Position numbers and translations under genes: made by a program. The notes below the pieces were generated by a model that searched no databases, was not told the DNA's origin, and saw only the letters and a list, made by a program, of their open reading frames with translations. Shown here piece after piece: positions 1 through 8,748 of a stretch of 32,311 bases of DNA. Origin of the DNA: a virus. Its lineage: Duplodnaviria > Caudoviricetes. Every line of letters starts with the position of its first letter. The stretch's first letter is position 1. Location: positions 1 through 32,311 of the IMG/VR virus record IMGVR_UViG_3300032260_000014. The stretch is one strand, 5' to 3'.

Positions 1-1131
1 GAAATAAAAGAAAATAATGCACTTTGGGAGAGGTTGAAACCTAACTATAAAGATGAAGGTGTATTGGGTCGTGAAAGAATAGAAACTAAAAATGGTTGTG
101 AAATAAACCTTCGTTCTGCTGATAGTACTGCAAGAGGACTACATCCAGATTGGATTGTAATTGATGATTATGGAAATAATAATTGGATTTATAGTCAACA
201 ACAAAGAGAAAAAGCCATAGAAACTTTCTATGGAGATATTCTAAAAACAGCAGAAAGAGGTGGTACAATTAATGTAGTCGGGACCCCCTTTCACGAGAAG
301 GATTTATATGCTCACATAAGAGAAAATGATAAATCTTTTAAATATTTTGAATATCCTGCTATATTCCCAGACGGAACAATCATAGCGCCACATAGATGGA
401 ATCTTAAAGAACTTCAACAAGAATACCAAACAAGCGGTTCTTTAATTTTTAGTAGAGAATTATTAGTCGTCCCTATTTCAGATGGAAGCACCATCTTTCC
501 TTGGTCAATGTTGGAAAAATCATTTGTTGGGATGCAAGATTATAGACTTGTTCATAATAGAGATAGTTTCCCAATTAAATTTAAATATGTTACTGTTGGT
601 TGTGATTTTGCTATTAGTGCTAATATTAAGGCAGATAGTACTGTGTTTACAGTGTACGGAATAGATGAATATGAAAATTATTGGTTGCTATATGTTTGGA
701 GGAAACAAGGTGCAGGATACAATGAGCAGATAGCAAAATTAAAAGAAATTGAACGTAATTTTCTACCTGATCAAATCATAGCTGAGTCAAATGGATTTCA
801 GAGAATGATGGCAGAAATAGGTAGAGAGCATAATATAAAGAATATTACAGATTTTATTACTGATGGATGGAATAAAAAAGATCTATATGAGGGGCTCCCA
901 GGTTTAGCTATATTATTTGAGCAAGGAAGAATGAAACTACCACGTGGCGATGCATATAGTAAAGAAATGACTGATTGGCTATGTTCGGAGTTCAATAGTA
1001 TCACAATTAAGCCAGATTCAGGTAAGTTGGAAAGCATGTCATCTAACGATGATGGTCCAATGGCGACATGGTTTGCGATAAAAGGAATTAGTGTTAATAA
1101 AAATAAAAATCTAAATTTTGTGATGGTGTGA
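1..1131 (+). CDS. terL: Terminase large subunit, 5'-truncated by the window edge (ATPase C-terminal part plus RNase H-like nuclease domain)
   Basis: The frame is open from base 1 (EIKENNALWERL...), so the start at 34 is an artefact. Motifs: ARGLHPDWIVIDD (Walker B), VVGTPF (coupling motif), GCDFAIS...ADST nuclease acidic residues, IIAESNGFQ, and C-terminal NDDGPMA. Confidence 0.9.
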   Translation, partial: EIKENNALWERLKPNYKDEGVLGRERIETKNGCEINLRSADSTARGLHPDWIVIDDYGNNNWIYSQQQREKAIETFYGDILKTAERGGTINVVGTPFHEKDLYAHIRENDKSFKYFEYPAIFPDGTIIAPHRWNLKELQQEYQTSGSLIFSRELLVVPISDGSTIFPWSMLEKSFVGMQDYRLVHNRDSFPIKFKYVTVGCDFAISANIKADSTVFTVYGIDEYENYWLLYVWRKQGAGYNEQIAKLKEIERNFLPDQIIAESNGFQRMMAEIGREHNIKNITDFITDGWNKKDLYEGLPGLAILFEQGRMKLPRGDAYSKEMTDWLCSEFNSITIKPDSGKLESMSSNDDGPMATWFAIKGISVNKNKNLNFVMV

Positions 1132-1147
1132 TAATTCACTATCTTTA
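1117..1147 (+). promoter_or_regulatory. Putative Bacteroidota-type promoter (TTTG-N19-TATCTTTA)
   Basis: TTTG at 1117-1120 and TATCTTTA at 1140-1147, with a 19-bp spacer and one mismatch to TAnnTTTG. It would place the transcript start just before the RNA element at 1155. Confidence 0.55.
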
Positions 1148-1154
1148 CAAGACT

Positions 1155-1240
1155 TTCATGGGGGACAGGCTTTATAACCCTTCTTAAATTCCTCACAATT
1201 TAGGATTACCCCTTGAATTTAAATCGGTGAGGCAATTTAA
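1155..1240 (+). ncRNA. Structured leader RNA element, copy 1 (multi-stem junction plus loop-downstream pairing)
   Basis: TTCATGGGG (1155-1163) pairs with CCCCTTGAA (1209-1217). CTTAAATT (1183-1190) pairs with AATTTAGG (1197-1204) around the loop CCTCAC, which is complementary to GTGAGG (1227-1232). The same layout occurs at 28246-28330. Confidence 0.7.
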
Positions 1241-1249
1241 ATTTACAAA

Positions 1250-2236
1250 ATGAATCATTTACAAATTTATTCAGACATTATAAATAATGCTTTAAGTAAA
1301 AATAGAAAAAAATTAAAAAGAGATGATGAAAACTATATTTACTATGAACGTCACCACATTCTACCCAAGTGTTTAGATGGTGGAAATGAAAAAGAAAATT
1401 TAGTTTTGCTTACTGGAAAAGAACATTTTGTTTGCCATAAACTCTTAGTAGAAATTTTCCCTAAAGAAAGAGGATTGATTTGTGCTTATTTTTTAATGTG
1501 CACCACAAACAATATTGATAGACGAGATTATAAGATTAGTTCAAGAGAATATGAAAGGGTAAAAAAAATAGTTTCAGAAAATCATTCAGAATTTATGTTA
1601 GGTGAGAATAACCCTATATATGGGAAGATTGGAGAATTAGCTCCTATGGCTGGGAAAACCCATTCTAAAGAGTCAAAAAAGAAAATTGGCGAAGCTCAAA
1701 AAGGTAAAAAACAAAAAATTGTAAAGTGTATTTATTGTGGTTTTGAAGGTGGAATTAGAAATATGAAAAGATATCACTTCGATAATTGCCTTGAAAATCC
1801 TCAAAGCGATAAAGAAGAAATCTTAAAAAAAAGAAGGGAGGAAAATTCAATGCTTATTGGCAAAAAACAAAAACTAACTATTTGTTCTTGGTGTGGATTT
1901 ACAGGTGGAGATAAAAATATGATTCGTTATCATTTTAATAATTGCCTACAAAACCCATCTTTATCTGAAAAAGATAAAGAAAAAATTATGCAAAATCGTA
2001 AAGACATAAAGGTAAAAACAGTAACTTGTATTTATTGTGATGTAATTATGGACGCTGGAAATGCTAAGAAATTTCATTTCGACAATTGTTTACAAAATCC
2101 AAAAAATAATAAAGAGGAAATTGAAAAAAGTAGAAAACAAAAAATCGTAAAATGTTTATATTGCAATAAAACTGGTGGTGCAGCAAACATGAAGCGTTAT
2201 CACTTCGACAACTGTAAATTCAAAAAAATAATATGA
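1250..2236 (+). CDS. Free-standing HNH homing endonuclease (T4 Mob-like) with a NUMOD3 motif and four C2HC zinc-finger repeats
   Basis: YYERHHILPKCLDGGNEKENLVLLTGKEHFVCHKLL (HNH), PMAGKTHSKESKKKIGEAQKG (NUMOD3-like), and four C-x2-C-x12-H-x3-C repeats ending HFDNC/HFNNC. Confidence 0.85.
   Translation: MNHLQIYSDIINNALSKNRKKLKRDDENYIYYERHHILPKCLDGGNEKENLVLLTGKEHFVCHKLLVEIFPKERGLICAYFLMCTTNNIDRRDYKISSREYERVKKIVSENHSEFMLGENNPIYGKIGELAPMAGKTHSKESKKKIGEAQKGKKQKIVKCIYCGFEGGIRNMKRYHFDNCLENPQSDKEEILKKRREENSMLIGKKQKLTICSWCGFTGGDKNMIRYHFNNCLQNPSLSEKDKEKIMQNRKDIKVKTVTCIYCDVIMDAGNAKKFHFDNCLQNPKNNKEEIEKSRKQKIVKCLYCNKTGGAANMKRYHFDNCKFKKII
1727..2215 (+). repeat. Four intragenic tandem zinc-finger repeats
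   Basis: First Cys codons at 1727, 1883, 2027 and 2153: CIYCGFEGGIRNMKRYHFDNC, CSWCGFTGGDKNMIRYHFNNC, CIYCDVIMDAGNAKKFHFDNC, CLYCNKTGGAANMKRYHFDNC. Confidence 0.9.
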
Positions 2237-3423
2237 TAGAACTCAAAAACGTAGTATCCCTATTTGATGGAACATCGGGAGGTCAAATGGCTTTAAATGG
2301 CAGCAACATTAAATATGAGAATTATTATGCTTCTGAAAATGATAAATACGCAATACAAGCAACAAAAGCTATTTACCCCAACACTACTCAATTAGGTTGC
2401 GTTATTAAATTAAGAAGATATCTAGAAAAGCCTGAATTGTATGAAAGAATGTTAGAAAGTTCTTTTGTAAAACAAGAAAATAAGAAATTGATTTATCATT
2501 GTATAGATTTATTATTAGATGGTGTTGATTTGTTGATGGGTGGAAGTCCCTGTCAAGGATTCTCATTTGCAGGGAAACAATTAAATTTTAGTGATCCAAG
2601 AAGTAAATTGTTTTTTGAGTTTGTTAAAATTAAAGAAATCTTAAAACCTAAATATTTTCTGCTTGAGAATGTAAAAATGAAAAAAGAGTATCAGGATGTT
2701 ATTTCTGAATATATGAGGGTCGATCTTATAGAGATAAATTCTGCTTTAGTGAGTGCTCAAAACCGCAAAAGACTTTATTGGACCAATATTGAAGGAATTG
2801 AACAACCAGAAGATATGGGTATTTTACTGAAAGATATAATTGAAACCAATTCAAATAAAATTGGACGTATGGTTGGTAGAAAATTAAATCCTGAGACTGG
2901 GAAAAGAGATGATTATAATAAAGATATAAAAACAATTCAAAGAATTGAGTCACGTTTCGATAATAAAAGTGGAGCATTAACAACTGTTCAAAAAGATAAT
3001 TTAGTAATAGAGAATGAATTTGTTGATCGTGAAAAAAGTTATTGCATAGATGCAAACTATTTTAAGAAAAAAAGAAGACAGCTTGTATTTTCACATGGCA
3101 TAGAAAAAGGACGCAGACTTTTTGATGGCAAAAACCTTTCACGAAATTATAGAGAAGGTTCAAGAGTTTATTCTTTTGAAGGTAAGGCTGCTACATTAAC
3201 AAGTCAGAGTAAAGGTGGTTCTGGTGGTTATAGTGGACTTTATGGAGACAAAGTTTATTATAGAAAACTAACTCCTCGTGAATGTGGTAGACTACAGACA
3301 GTACCAGAAGAAATAATAGATATAATGTTGTCTTGTGGAATATCAAATTCTCAACTTTATAAAATGCTTGGTAATGGATTCACCATCTCTGTAATATCTC
3401 ATATATTTTCATATTTAAAATAA
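2233..3423 (+). CDS. DNA (cytosine-5)-methyltransferase
   Basis: Motif I SLFDGTSGG, motif IV GGSPCQGFS, motif VI LENV, motif VIII QNRKRLYW, motif IX RKLTPRECGRLQ, motif X YKMLGNG. Confidence 0.95.
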   Translation: MIELKNVVSLFDGTSGGQMALNGSNIKYENYYASENDKYAIQATKAIYPNTTQLGCVIKLRRYLEKPELYERMLESSFVKQENKKLIYHCIDLLLDGVDLLMGGSPCQGFSFAGKQLNFSDPRSKLFFEFVKIKEILKPKYFLLENVKMKKEYQDVISEYMRVDLIEINSALVSAQNRKRLYWTNIEGIEQPEDMGILLKDIIETNSNKIGRMVGRKLNPETGKRDDYNKDIKTIQRIESRFDNKSGALTTVQKDNLVIENEFVDREKSYCIDANYFKKKRRQLVFSHGIEKGRRLFDGKNLSRNYREGSRVYSFEGKAATLTSQSKGGSGGYSGLYGDKVYYRKLTPRECGRLQTVPEEIIDIMLSCGISNSQLYKMLGNGFTISVISHIFSYLK

Positions 3424-3471
3424 AAATATTATATTGTCACATTATTAATTAATCGTATAACTAAATCGTAA

Positions 3472-4854
3472 ATGGAGAAAATTAGTATTAATTTCCTAAA
3501 TGAACTTTTCCTCTCTTGTCTAAATAAAAAAGACGTAATAGAAATAGTTTCAGAACATTTAAAATACCAATTCATTCCTGATGAATTAAAGAGTTACAAG
3601 AAAATACTAAAAAGCATTGTAACTATACATCAAAATACCGATAAACTTCCTAGTATTGGTATAATATCTCAACAACACCAAAAAGATGCACAAGTTCAAG
3701 AAGCATTAACCGAAATAAAAAAGACTTCTTTTCCAGACAAAGAATTAATGATTGATACCCTTCAAGGCTTTATAAAGAACGCTATGTTTGTTCAGTTAAA
3801 CAATAAGTTAAAACTATTATATAATGAAGGCAAGCATGATGATGCCATACAACTACAAGCAAAAGAAAGCGAGCAAATAGTTAATTTCACCATTAAAAAT
3901 AACAACACCTATCTTAGCCCTATCTATGGTGGATTCAATAAAAGACTCAAAGACAAACAAGATAAAAGAGATTTAGGTCAAGATAGAAGTGATAAAATAT
4001 TGTTTGGCATAGAACCACTTGATAATCTTACCTATGGTGGGTTAGATGTTGGTGAAACAGCATTTTGGATGTTACGTAGTGGAGTTGGGAAAAGTACAGC
4101 TTTAAAATGGCACGCAGTATCTGCTGTTAGAAAACATAGAAATGTCTTACATATACAATTAGAAGGTACTAGAGAAGAAGCAGAAAACAAATATGATCAA
4201 ATATGGACAGCTTGTTTATATAATGATATAAAAAAGGGTAACATTTCCGATAAAAAATATCAAAAACTACAAGAAACAATCAACTATTTTCAATCCTATA
4301 ATACCGATATATATGTACATGCTTTTGAAAAATTTGATACAGCTAGTATGATTGATGTCAGAAATTTAGTTATGGATTTTGAAAAGATACATGGTCACAT
4401 TGATGAAGTTATTATTGACTATTTGAAATACCTACACCCTGGAGATGGCATCAAGTATGGTGCAAGCACTCAAGATGTTAAGATGAAAAAAGAAAATACT
4501 GCTGAAAAAATAAAGAATACAGCTGTAGAATTTGGTACAAGAATTATAACAGCGGATCAAGTAAGTGACGTGCCAATGGAAATTTGGAATGATCCTGCTA
4601 AAGTTTTAACAAGACACAATTTAGCTGGAGCTAAGGGATTAGTTGATTCATTTAGTTATACATTTTCGGGGAATCAAACTAATGACGAGAGAAAAAATAA
4701 TCTCATGCGTATTCATTGCGAAAAATTAAGATACTATAAATTACCAGATAAACCTATAAAGATTGCTACTAATTATGAGAGAGGTAGGTTTTTTGACTAT
4801 ACCAGAACTAAAAATTTATTCTTTAATGAAATAGAAAATAAATATATATATTGA
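3472..4854 (+). CDS. dnaB: Replicative DnaB-like (SF4) helicase
   Basis: Walker A RSGVGKS, HIQLEG, Walker B IIDY, TADQ and EKLRY arginine-finger-like motif. It lies next to the primase. Confidence 0.85.
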   Translation: MEKISINFLNELFLSCLNKKDVIEIVSEHLKYQFIPDELKSYKKILKSIVTIHQNTDKLPSIGIISQQHQKDAQVQEALTEIKKTSFPDKELMIDTLQGFIKNAMFVQLNNKLKLLYNEGKHDDAIQLQAKESEQIVNFTIKNNNTYLSPIYGGFNKRLKDKQDKRDLGQDRSDKILFGIEPLDNLTYGGLDVGETAFWMLRSGVGKSTALKWHAVSAVRKHRNVLHIQLEGTREEAENKYDQIWTACLYNDIKKGNISDKKYQKLQETINYFQSYNTDIYVHAFEKFDTASMIDVRNLVMDFEKIHGHIDEVIIDYLKYLHPGDGIKYGASTQDVKMKKENTAEKIKNTAVEFGTRIITADQVSDVPMEIWNDPAKVLTRHNLAGAKGLVDSFSYTFSGNQTNDERKNNLMRIHCEKLRYYKLPDKPIKIATNYERGRFFDYTRTKNLFFNEIENKYIY

Positions 4855-4855
4855 T

Positions 4856-5566
4856 ATGATATACATGGGTTCAAAGAATAGAATAGCAAAACATATTCTT
4901 CCTATTATTTTAAAAGATAGAAAAGATGATCAATATTTTGTAGATGTATTTACAGGTGGAGGTAATTTAATACAGCATGTAGATGGAAATTGTATTGGTT
5001 CTGATATAAATAAATACACCATATCTTTTTTAAATAAAATAAAGGAAGATACAGAATGGATACCAAAGAATATTGCCGACTTTACAAAAGAAGATTATCA
5101 GCTTGTTAAAAATAATAAAGAATCTTTTTGTGATTATGAATTGGGTCATATAGGGTATAATTTATCTTTTGGAGGTAAATGGTTTGGTGGTTGGTGTCAT
5201 AACACCAACCACAAAGATTATGTAAAAGCTGGATATGAGCATGTATTAAGACAAGCAGACAAATTAAATAAACATATCTTTATTTGTTCTAGTTATTTGG
5301 ATTTAGAAATTCCCAATAATAGTATTATCTATTGTGATCCACCTTATCAAAAAACAACTAAATATGATGCAATAAGTAAAAATTTTAACCATGAAGTTTT
5401 TTGGGAATGGTGTCGAATTATGTCAGAATATCATCAAGTTTTTGTTTCAGAATACAATGCACCAGATGATTTTGAATGTGTATGGAAGAAAGAAGTTAAT
5501 ATGAAACTTGAATTAAAAAGTAATTCAACAAAAAGAATAGAAAAACTTTTTGTTTATAAAAATTAA
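4856..5566 (+). CDS. DNA adenine methyltransferase (D12 class, Dam-like)
   Basis: YMGSKNRIA, FVDVFTGGG and catalytic YCDPPY. Confidence 0.92.
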   Translation: MIYMGSKNRIAKHILPIILKDRKDDQYFVDVFTGGGNLIQHVDGNCIGSDINKYTISFLNKIKEDTEWIPKNIADFTKEDYQLVKNNKESFCDYELGHIGYNLSFGGKWFGGWCHNTNHKDYVKAGYEHVLRQADKLNKHIFICSSYLDLEIPNNSIIYCDPPYQKTTKYDAISKNFNHEVFWEWCRIMSEYHQVFVSEYNAPDDFECVWKKEVNMKLELKSNSTKRIEKLFVYKN

Positions 5567-5569
5567 ATA

Positions 5570-6586
5570 ATGGCATTTGACAAACAATCCATAATAGACG
5601 AATTTTCTTTAAAACCTTTTGGATCAAAAGGATGGTTAAGAAGTAATGATTTAGTTTGCCCGAACTGTCAACAAGGTGATGAGTTTGCTCTTAAGTTTAC
5701 TGATAATGGAGCTGTATTGCATTGTTTACATGGAAAGAGTTGTAATAATTACTCTACATCATTAAAGGCTTATTTAAGAAGTATTGGTAAATCTGATTTA
5801 GTTGAATATGAAAGATCAATTAATATCGACACCTTCCCTAGTTTTGATGAGTCTGAAGAGGTTGAAGAAGAAGTTGTGAGCCTTTCTATTAAAAAACCAC
5901 CAATAGCCTTTAAAAGACTTAATTTTGATGAATATTTAGAAAGTAGGAATTTTTTACCAGAACATTATGAATTATTTAAAATAGGAGAATCGAAATTAGA
6001 TCCACGAATTAAGAATCATATCGTATTTCAATTTTTTAATAAAGCTGGGGATTGTATAGCGTGGATGTCAAGAAGTAGAAGATCAAAAGAATGGCATGAC
6101 AATAATCTAAAGAATTTTAGAAACGGTATAGGTAGTTTATCTCTTAGATATAACAATAGTCCTGATACTGATTTTAGTAGAGTGTTGGGCGGAGAGAATG
6201 AAATTACTGAAGAAACAGATACTCTAATTCTTGTTGAAGGAATAATGGACAAGGTTAATGTAGATAAAGAATTAGAGCTATTATCTCAAGAAGAAATTAA
6301 ATGTTGTTTTACATTTGGCAATATAGTGAGTACAGAGCAGATAGATATTATAAATAAGTATAGCAATATTAAAAATATCTATCTATTGTATGATGAAGGA
6401 ACTATAACACAAAGCAAGCATTATGGATTGCTTTTAAGTGAAACAAATAAAAATATACAAGTGTGTGAAATTAAACAGAAAGGTGTAGATCCAGGAGACT
6501 TAAAATCTACACAATTATTACAAATATTAGAAGAATCGGAAAATGAGTTGAATTTTAATATATCAAAAATAGATGGAATCGTGTGA
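5570..6586 (+). CDS. DNA primase (zinc-binding domain plus TOPRIM)
   Basis: N-terminal CPNC...C..C zinc site, TOPRIM LVEGIMD, LYDEG and DPGDL. Downstream of the helicase. Confidence 0.85.
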   Translation: MAFDKQSIIDEFSLKPFGSKGWLRSNDLVCPNCQQGDEFALKFTDNGAVLHCLHGKSCNNYSTSLKAYLRSIGKSDLVEYERSINIDTFPSFDESEEVEEEVVSLSIKKPPIAFKRLNFDEYLESRNFLPEHYELFKIGESKLDPRIKNHIVFQFFNKAGDCIAWMSRSRRSKEWHDNNLKNFRNGIGSLSLRYNNSPDTDFSRVLGGENEITEETDTLILVEGIMDKVNVDKELELLSQEEIKCCFTFGNIVSTEQIDIINKYSNIKNIYLLYDEGTITQSKHYGLLLSETNKNIQVCEIKQKGVDPGDLKSTQLLQILEESENELNFNISKIDGIV

Positions 6587-7082
6587 CAGTAATAAACGTA
6601 AGAGTAGGGATCAGAAGTTTTATGAGTTCTTTATAATACTTCAAAAAGAATATATAGTTGCGGAGCTTCGCAAAAAAATCTATGCTGACATTGCAGGAAA
6701 GAAAAAGAGTGAAGAAATTATGGCAGGTAAGAAGAAGAAAATCTTTGATATTGCTATGAAAAATTCTATAAAAACTATTTTCCCTGATATGGCTTTAGGT
6801 AAAACTTCTTTGTATGATGAAGAGCTTAGAACTAAACTTTATGGAGAAATTTACAATAATGATGGAAAAATGCCTAATTTTATTTACAGAGATGATAATC
6901 AAAGAAGGATTCTTGGTGAAAAAGATAAGAAATATTATTTTATGCTTGGGGCTGAAGTTCTTGTAAAGAATAGTGAAATTGGAAACATTCAAGATGTTGA
7001 TTTTGAAAAAGAATTATGTTGGGTAAAAGTAGGTGTAGATACTGATGAATATAAATTTATAGAAGTAAGAAGAATTTTATAA
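6573..7082 (+). CDS. Hypothetical protein
   Basis: 169-aa ORF overlapping the primase stop, co-oriented; no motif recognised. Confidence 0.7.
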   Translation: MESCDSNKRKSRDQKFYEFFIILQKEYIVAELRKKIYADIAGKKKSEEIMAGKKKKIFDIAMKNSIKTIFPDMALGKTSLYDEELRTKLYGEIYNNDGKMPNFIYRDDNQRRILGEKDKKYYFMLGAEVLVKNSEIGNIQDVDFEKELCWVKVGVDTDEYKFIEVRRIL

Positions 7083-7090
7083 AAATATAT

Positions 7091-7121
7091 TTTGTTTATT
7101 AATATATTTAATATATCTTTG
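7091..7121 (+). promoter_or_regulatory. Bacteroidota sigma-A type promoter
   Basis: TTTG (7091-7094), a 19-bp spacer and TATCTTTG (7114-7121): an exact consensus match in the intergenic gap. Confidence 0.8.
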
Positions 7122-7145
7122 CATTTATTGATTAATTTATAAACT

Positions 7146-8459
7146 ATGGATGTAGTAAAATGTTACACAATAGGGACTACTGTGTATTGGTCTGATGAAA
7201 AAAATGAATATGAGGGGATTATAATAGATGATCTTGGTAAAGATCGGATTAATATTCTTTGTGTGAAGATTAACACAAAAAGAGTTTGTAAAAAAAAGAA
7301 TATAATAAGAGAATTAATTTATACTAAAAAAGGAAAAATGGCTATAGATGTAAAAAAAACGTTGTTAACGAATAAATTTAAGAAACATGGTAAAGACCAA
7401 TTACTTACTTATGTAAGAGGAACAGGATTTACTGATGAAGAAAAGGAAGTCATAACAGAAATTCTTATTCTTAGAGGGATTAAAAAAGAAGATATCTTAG
7501 AGGAATTAGAATTATTGACTCAAGAAGAAATTATTGAGGAAAAAGTTGAGGTGGTTATTGAAGAAAAACAAGAAGCCTCTGAAGAAATTTTAGAGGTTAA
7601 TAAAACCCAAAGAAGAGATATTTTATATGTTGATCCTAGAGTATTGGCAACAGAAGAAGGATTTAATACTAGATTTGATTTTGGTGAGATAGATGAGTTA
7701 AAAAATAGCATTATTGAAAATGGCGTAAGAATACCATTGAGAGGATATAAAGAAGGTGAGATTTTCATTCTTACTGATGGCCATAGAAGATTAATGGCAA
7801 CAATGAAAGCTATTGAAGAGGGTGTTGATATTGCTAGAGTTCCTTTTATTTCTGAGAAAAAAAGATCACTAGAAGAAAGGTTACTTGATATTCTTTTATC
7901 TAATGATGGGAAAAGGTTAACCTCCCTTGAGTTAGGAGAAACTTATAGAAGATTAGTTACACATGGATATAGTTATGCCGAAATTGCTAGAAAAATTGGT
8001 AAAACTGCTAATCATGTATCTGATATGGTGAAGGTTGCCGAATCATCCAAAGAGTTAAAGGGGATGATTAAAGAAGGGAATGTTTCAGCAAGTTTAGTGT
8101 CTGAGGTTAAAAAAAGACTTAAAAATGATGAAAAAGCTGAAAATATTCTTAAGAAAAAAGTGAATGAAGCTAAGAAAAAAGTTGAAGAATCTGGCAGTGA
8201 TGAACCAGCAAAAGTCACTAGAAAAGATTTAAGCGAGAATGTTGTTAAAAAAGAATATCCTAAAAAAGAAATTCCAGCTATTTTAGATATTGATGACAAT
8301 GAAGATAGCAATGATGTAAAAAAAGAATTAAAAGAGAAGAATTTCTTTTCTAAAGATGAGGTTATTGTTTTACTCAAAAAGCAAGTAAAATCTTGTCAAG
8401 ATAAACTACCTAAGCAATTTCAAGCAAATTTAAATGATATAGAGTTAGTATTAATTTAA
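7146..8459 (+). CDS. ParB/Srx-like domain protein with HTH and charged C-terminal tail
   Basis: EEGFNTR...ELKNSIIENGV...LTDGHRRL (ParB arginine patch) and SYAEIARKIGKTANHVS (HTH). An alternative start is possible at MAIDVKK. Confidence 0.8.
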   Translation: MDVVKCYTIGTTVYWSDEKNEYEGIIIDDLGKDRINILCVKINTKRVCKKKNIIRELIYTKKGKMAIDVKKTLLTNKFKKHGKDQLLTYVRGTGFTDEEKEVITEILILRGIKKEDILEELELLTQEEIIEEKVEVVIEEKQEASEEILEVNKTQRRDILYVDPRVLATEEGFNTRFDFGEIDELKNSIIENGVRIPLRGYKEGEIFILTDGHRRLMATMKAIEEGVDIARVPFISEKKRSLEERLLDILLSNDGKRLTSLELGETYRRLVTHGYSYAEIARKIGKTANHVSDMVKVAESSKELKGMIKEGNVSASLVSEVKKRLKNDEKAENILKKKVNEAKKKVEESGSDEPAKVTRKDLSENVVKKEYPKKEIPAILDIDDNEDSNDVKKELKEKNFFSKDEVIVLLKKQVKSCQDKLPKQFQANLNDIELVLI

Positions 8460-8469
8460 TCGGTATATA

Positions 8470-8736
8470 ATGGCAGATTCAAAGAATAAAACGACAGCGC
8501 CAAATGGGTGGTATTTAGCTAATATTAATATCTTGAATGGTAAGGGTATTAAAATAATTGGAGCTGAATTACTCACAGAAGCTAAAGGTAAAAACGAAAG
8601 AACCTTTTGTCTATGGTCACCTTCTTTAATAATGAAGGATGAGCCACAATGGAAACCTTCTGAAAGACCAGATAAAAAAGATTGGTACTTCAAGATTGCA
8701 AATGAAAGCGAATTAAGAGATTTTTTTAACTATTAA
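8470..8736 (+). CDS. Hypothetical protein
   Basis: 88-aa ORF, tightly packed in the operon. Confidence 0.65.
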   Translation: MADSKNKTTAPNGWYLANINILNGKGIKIIGAELLTEAKGKNERTFCLWSPSLIMKDEPQWKPSERPDKKDWYFKIANESELRDFFNY

Positions 8737-8748
8737 AAATACGGTAAA

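Noticed and set aside
1155-1240. tRNA, group I intron or known self-cleaving ribozyme interpretation of the leader element
   Set aside because: It has no T-loop or anticodon-arm geometry, it does not interrupt a gene, and I could not match hammerhead, HDV, twister or pistol catalytic cores by eye. It is kept as an unassigned RNA.
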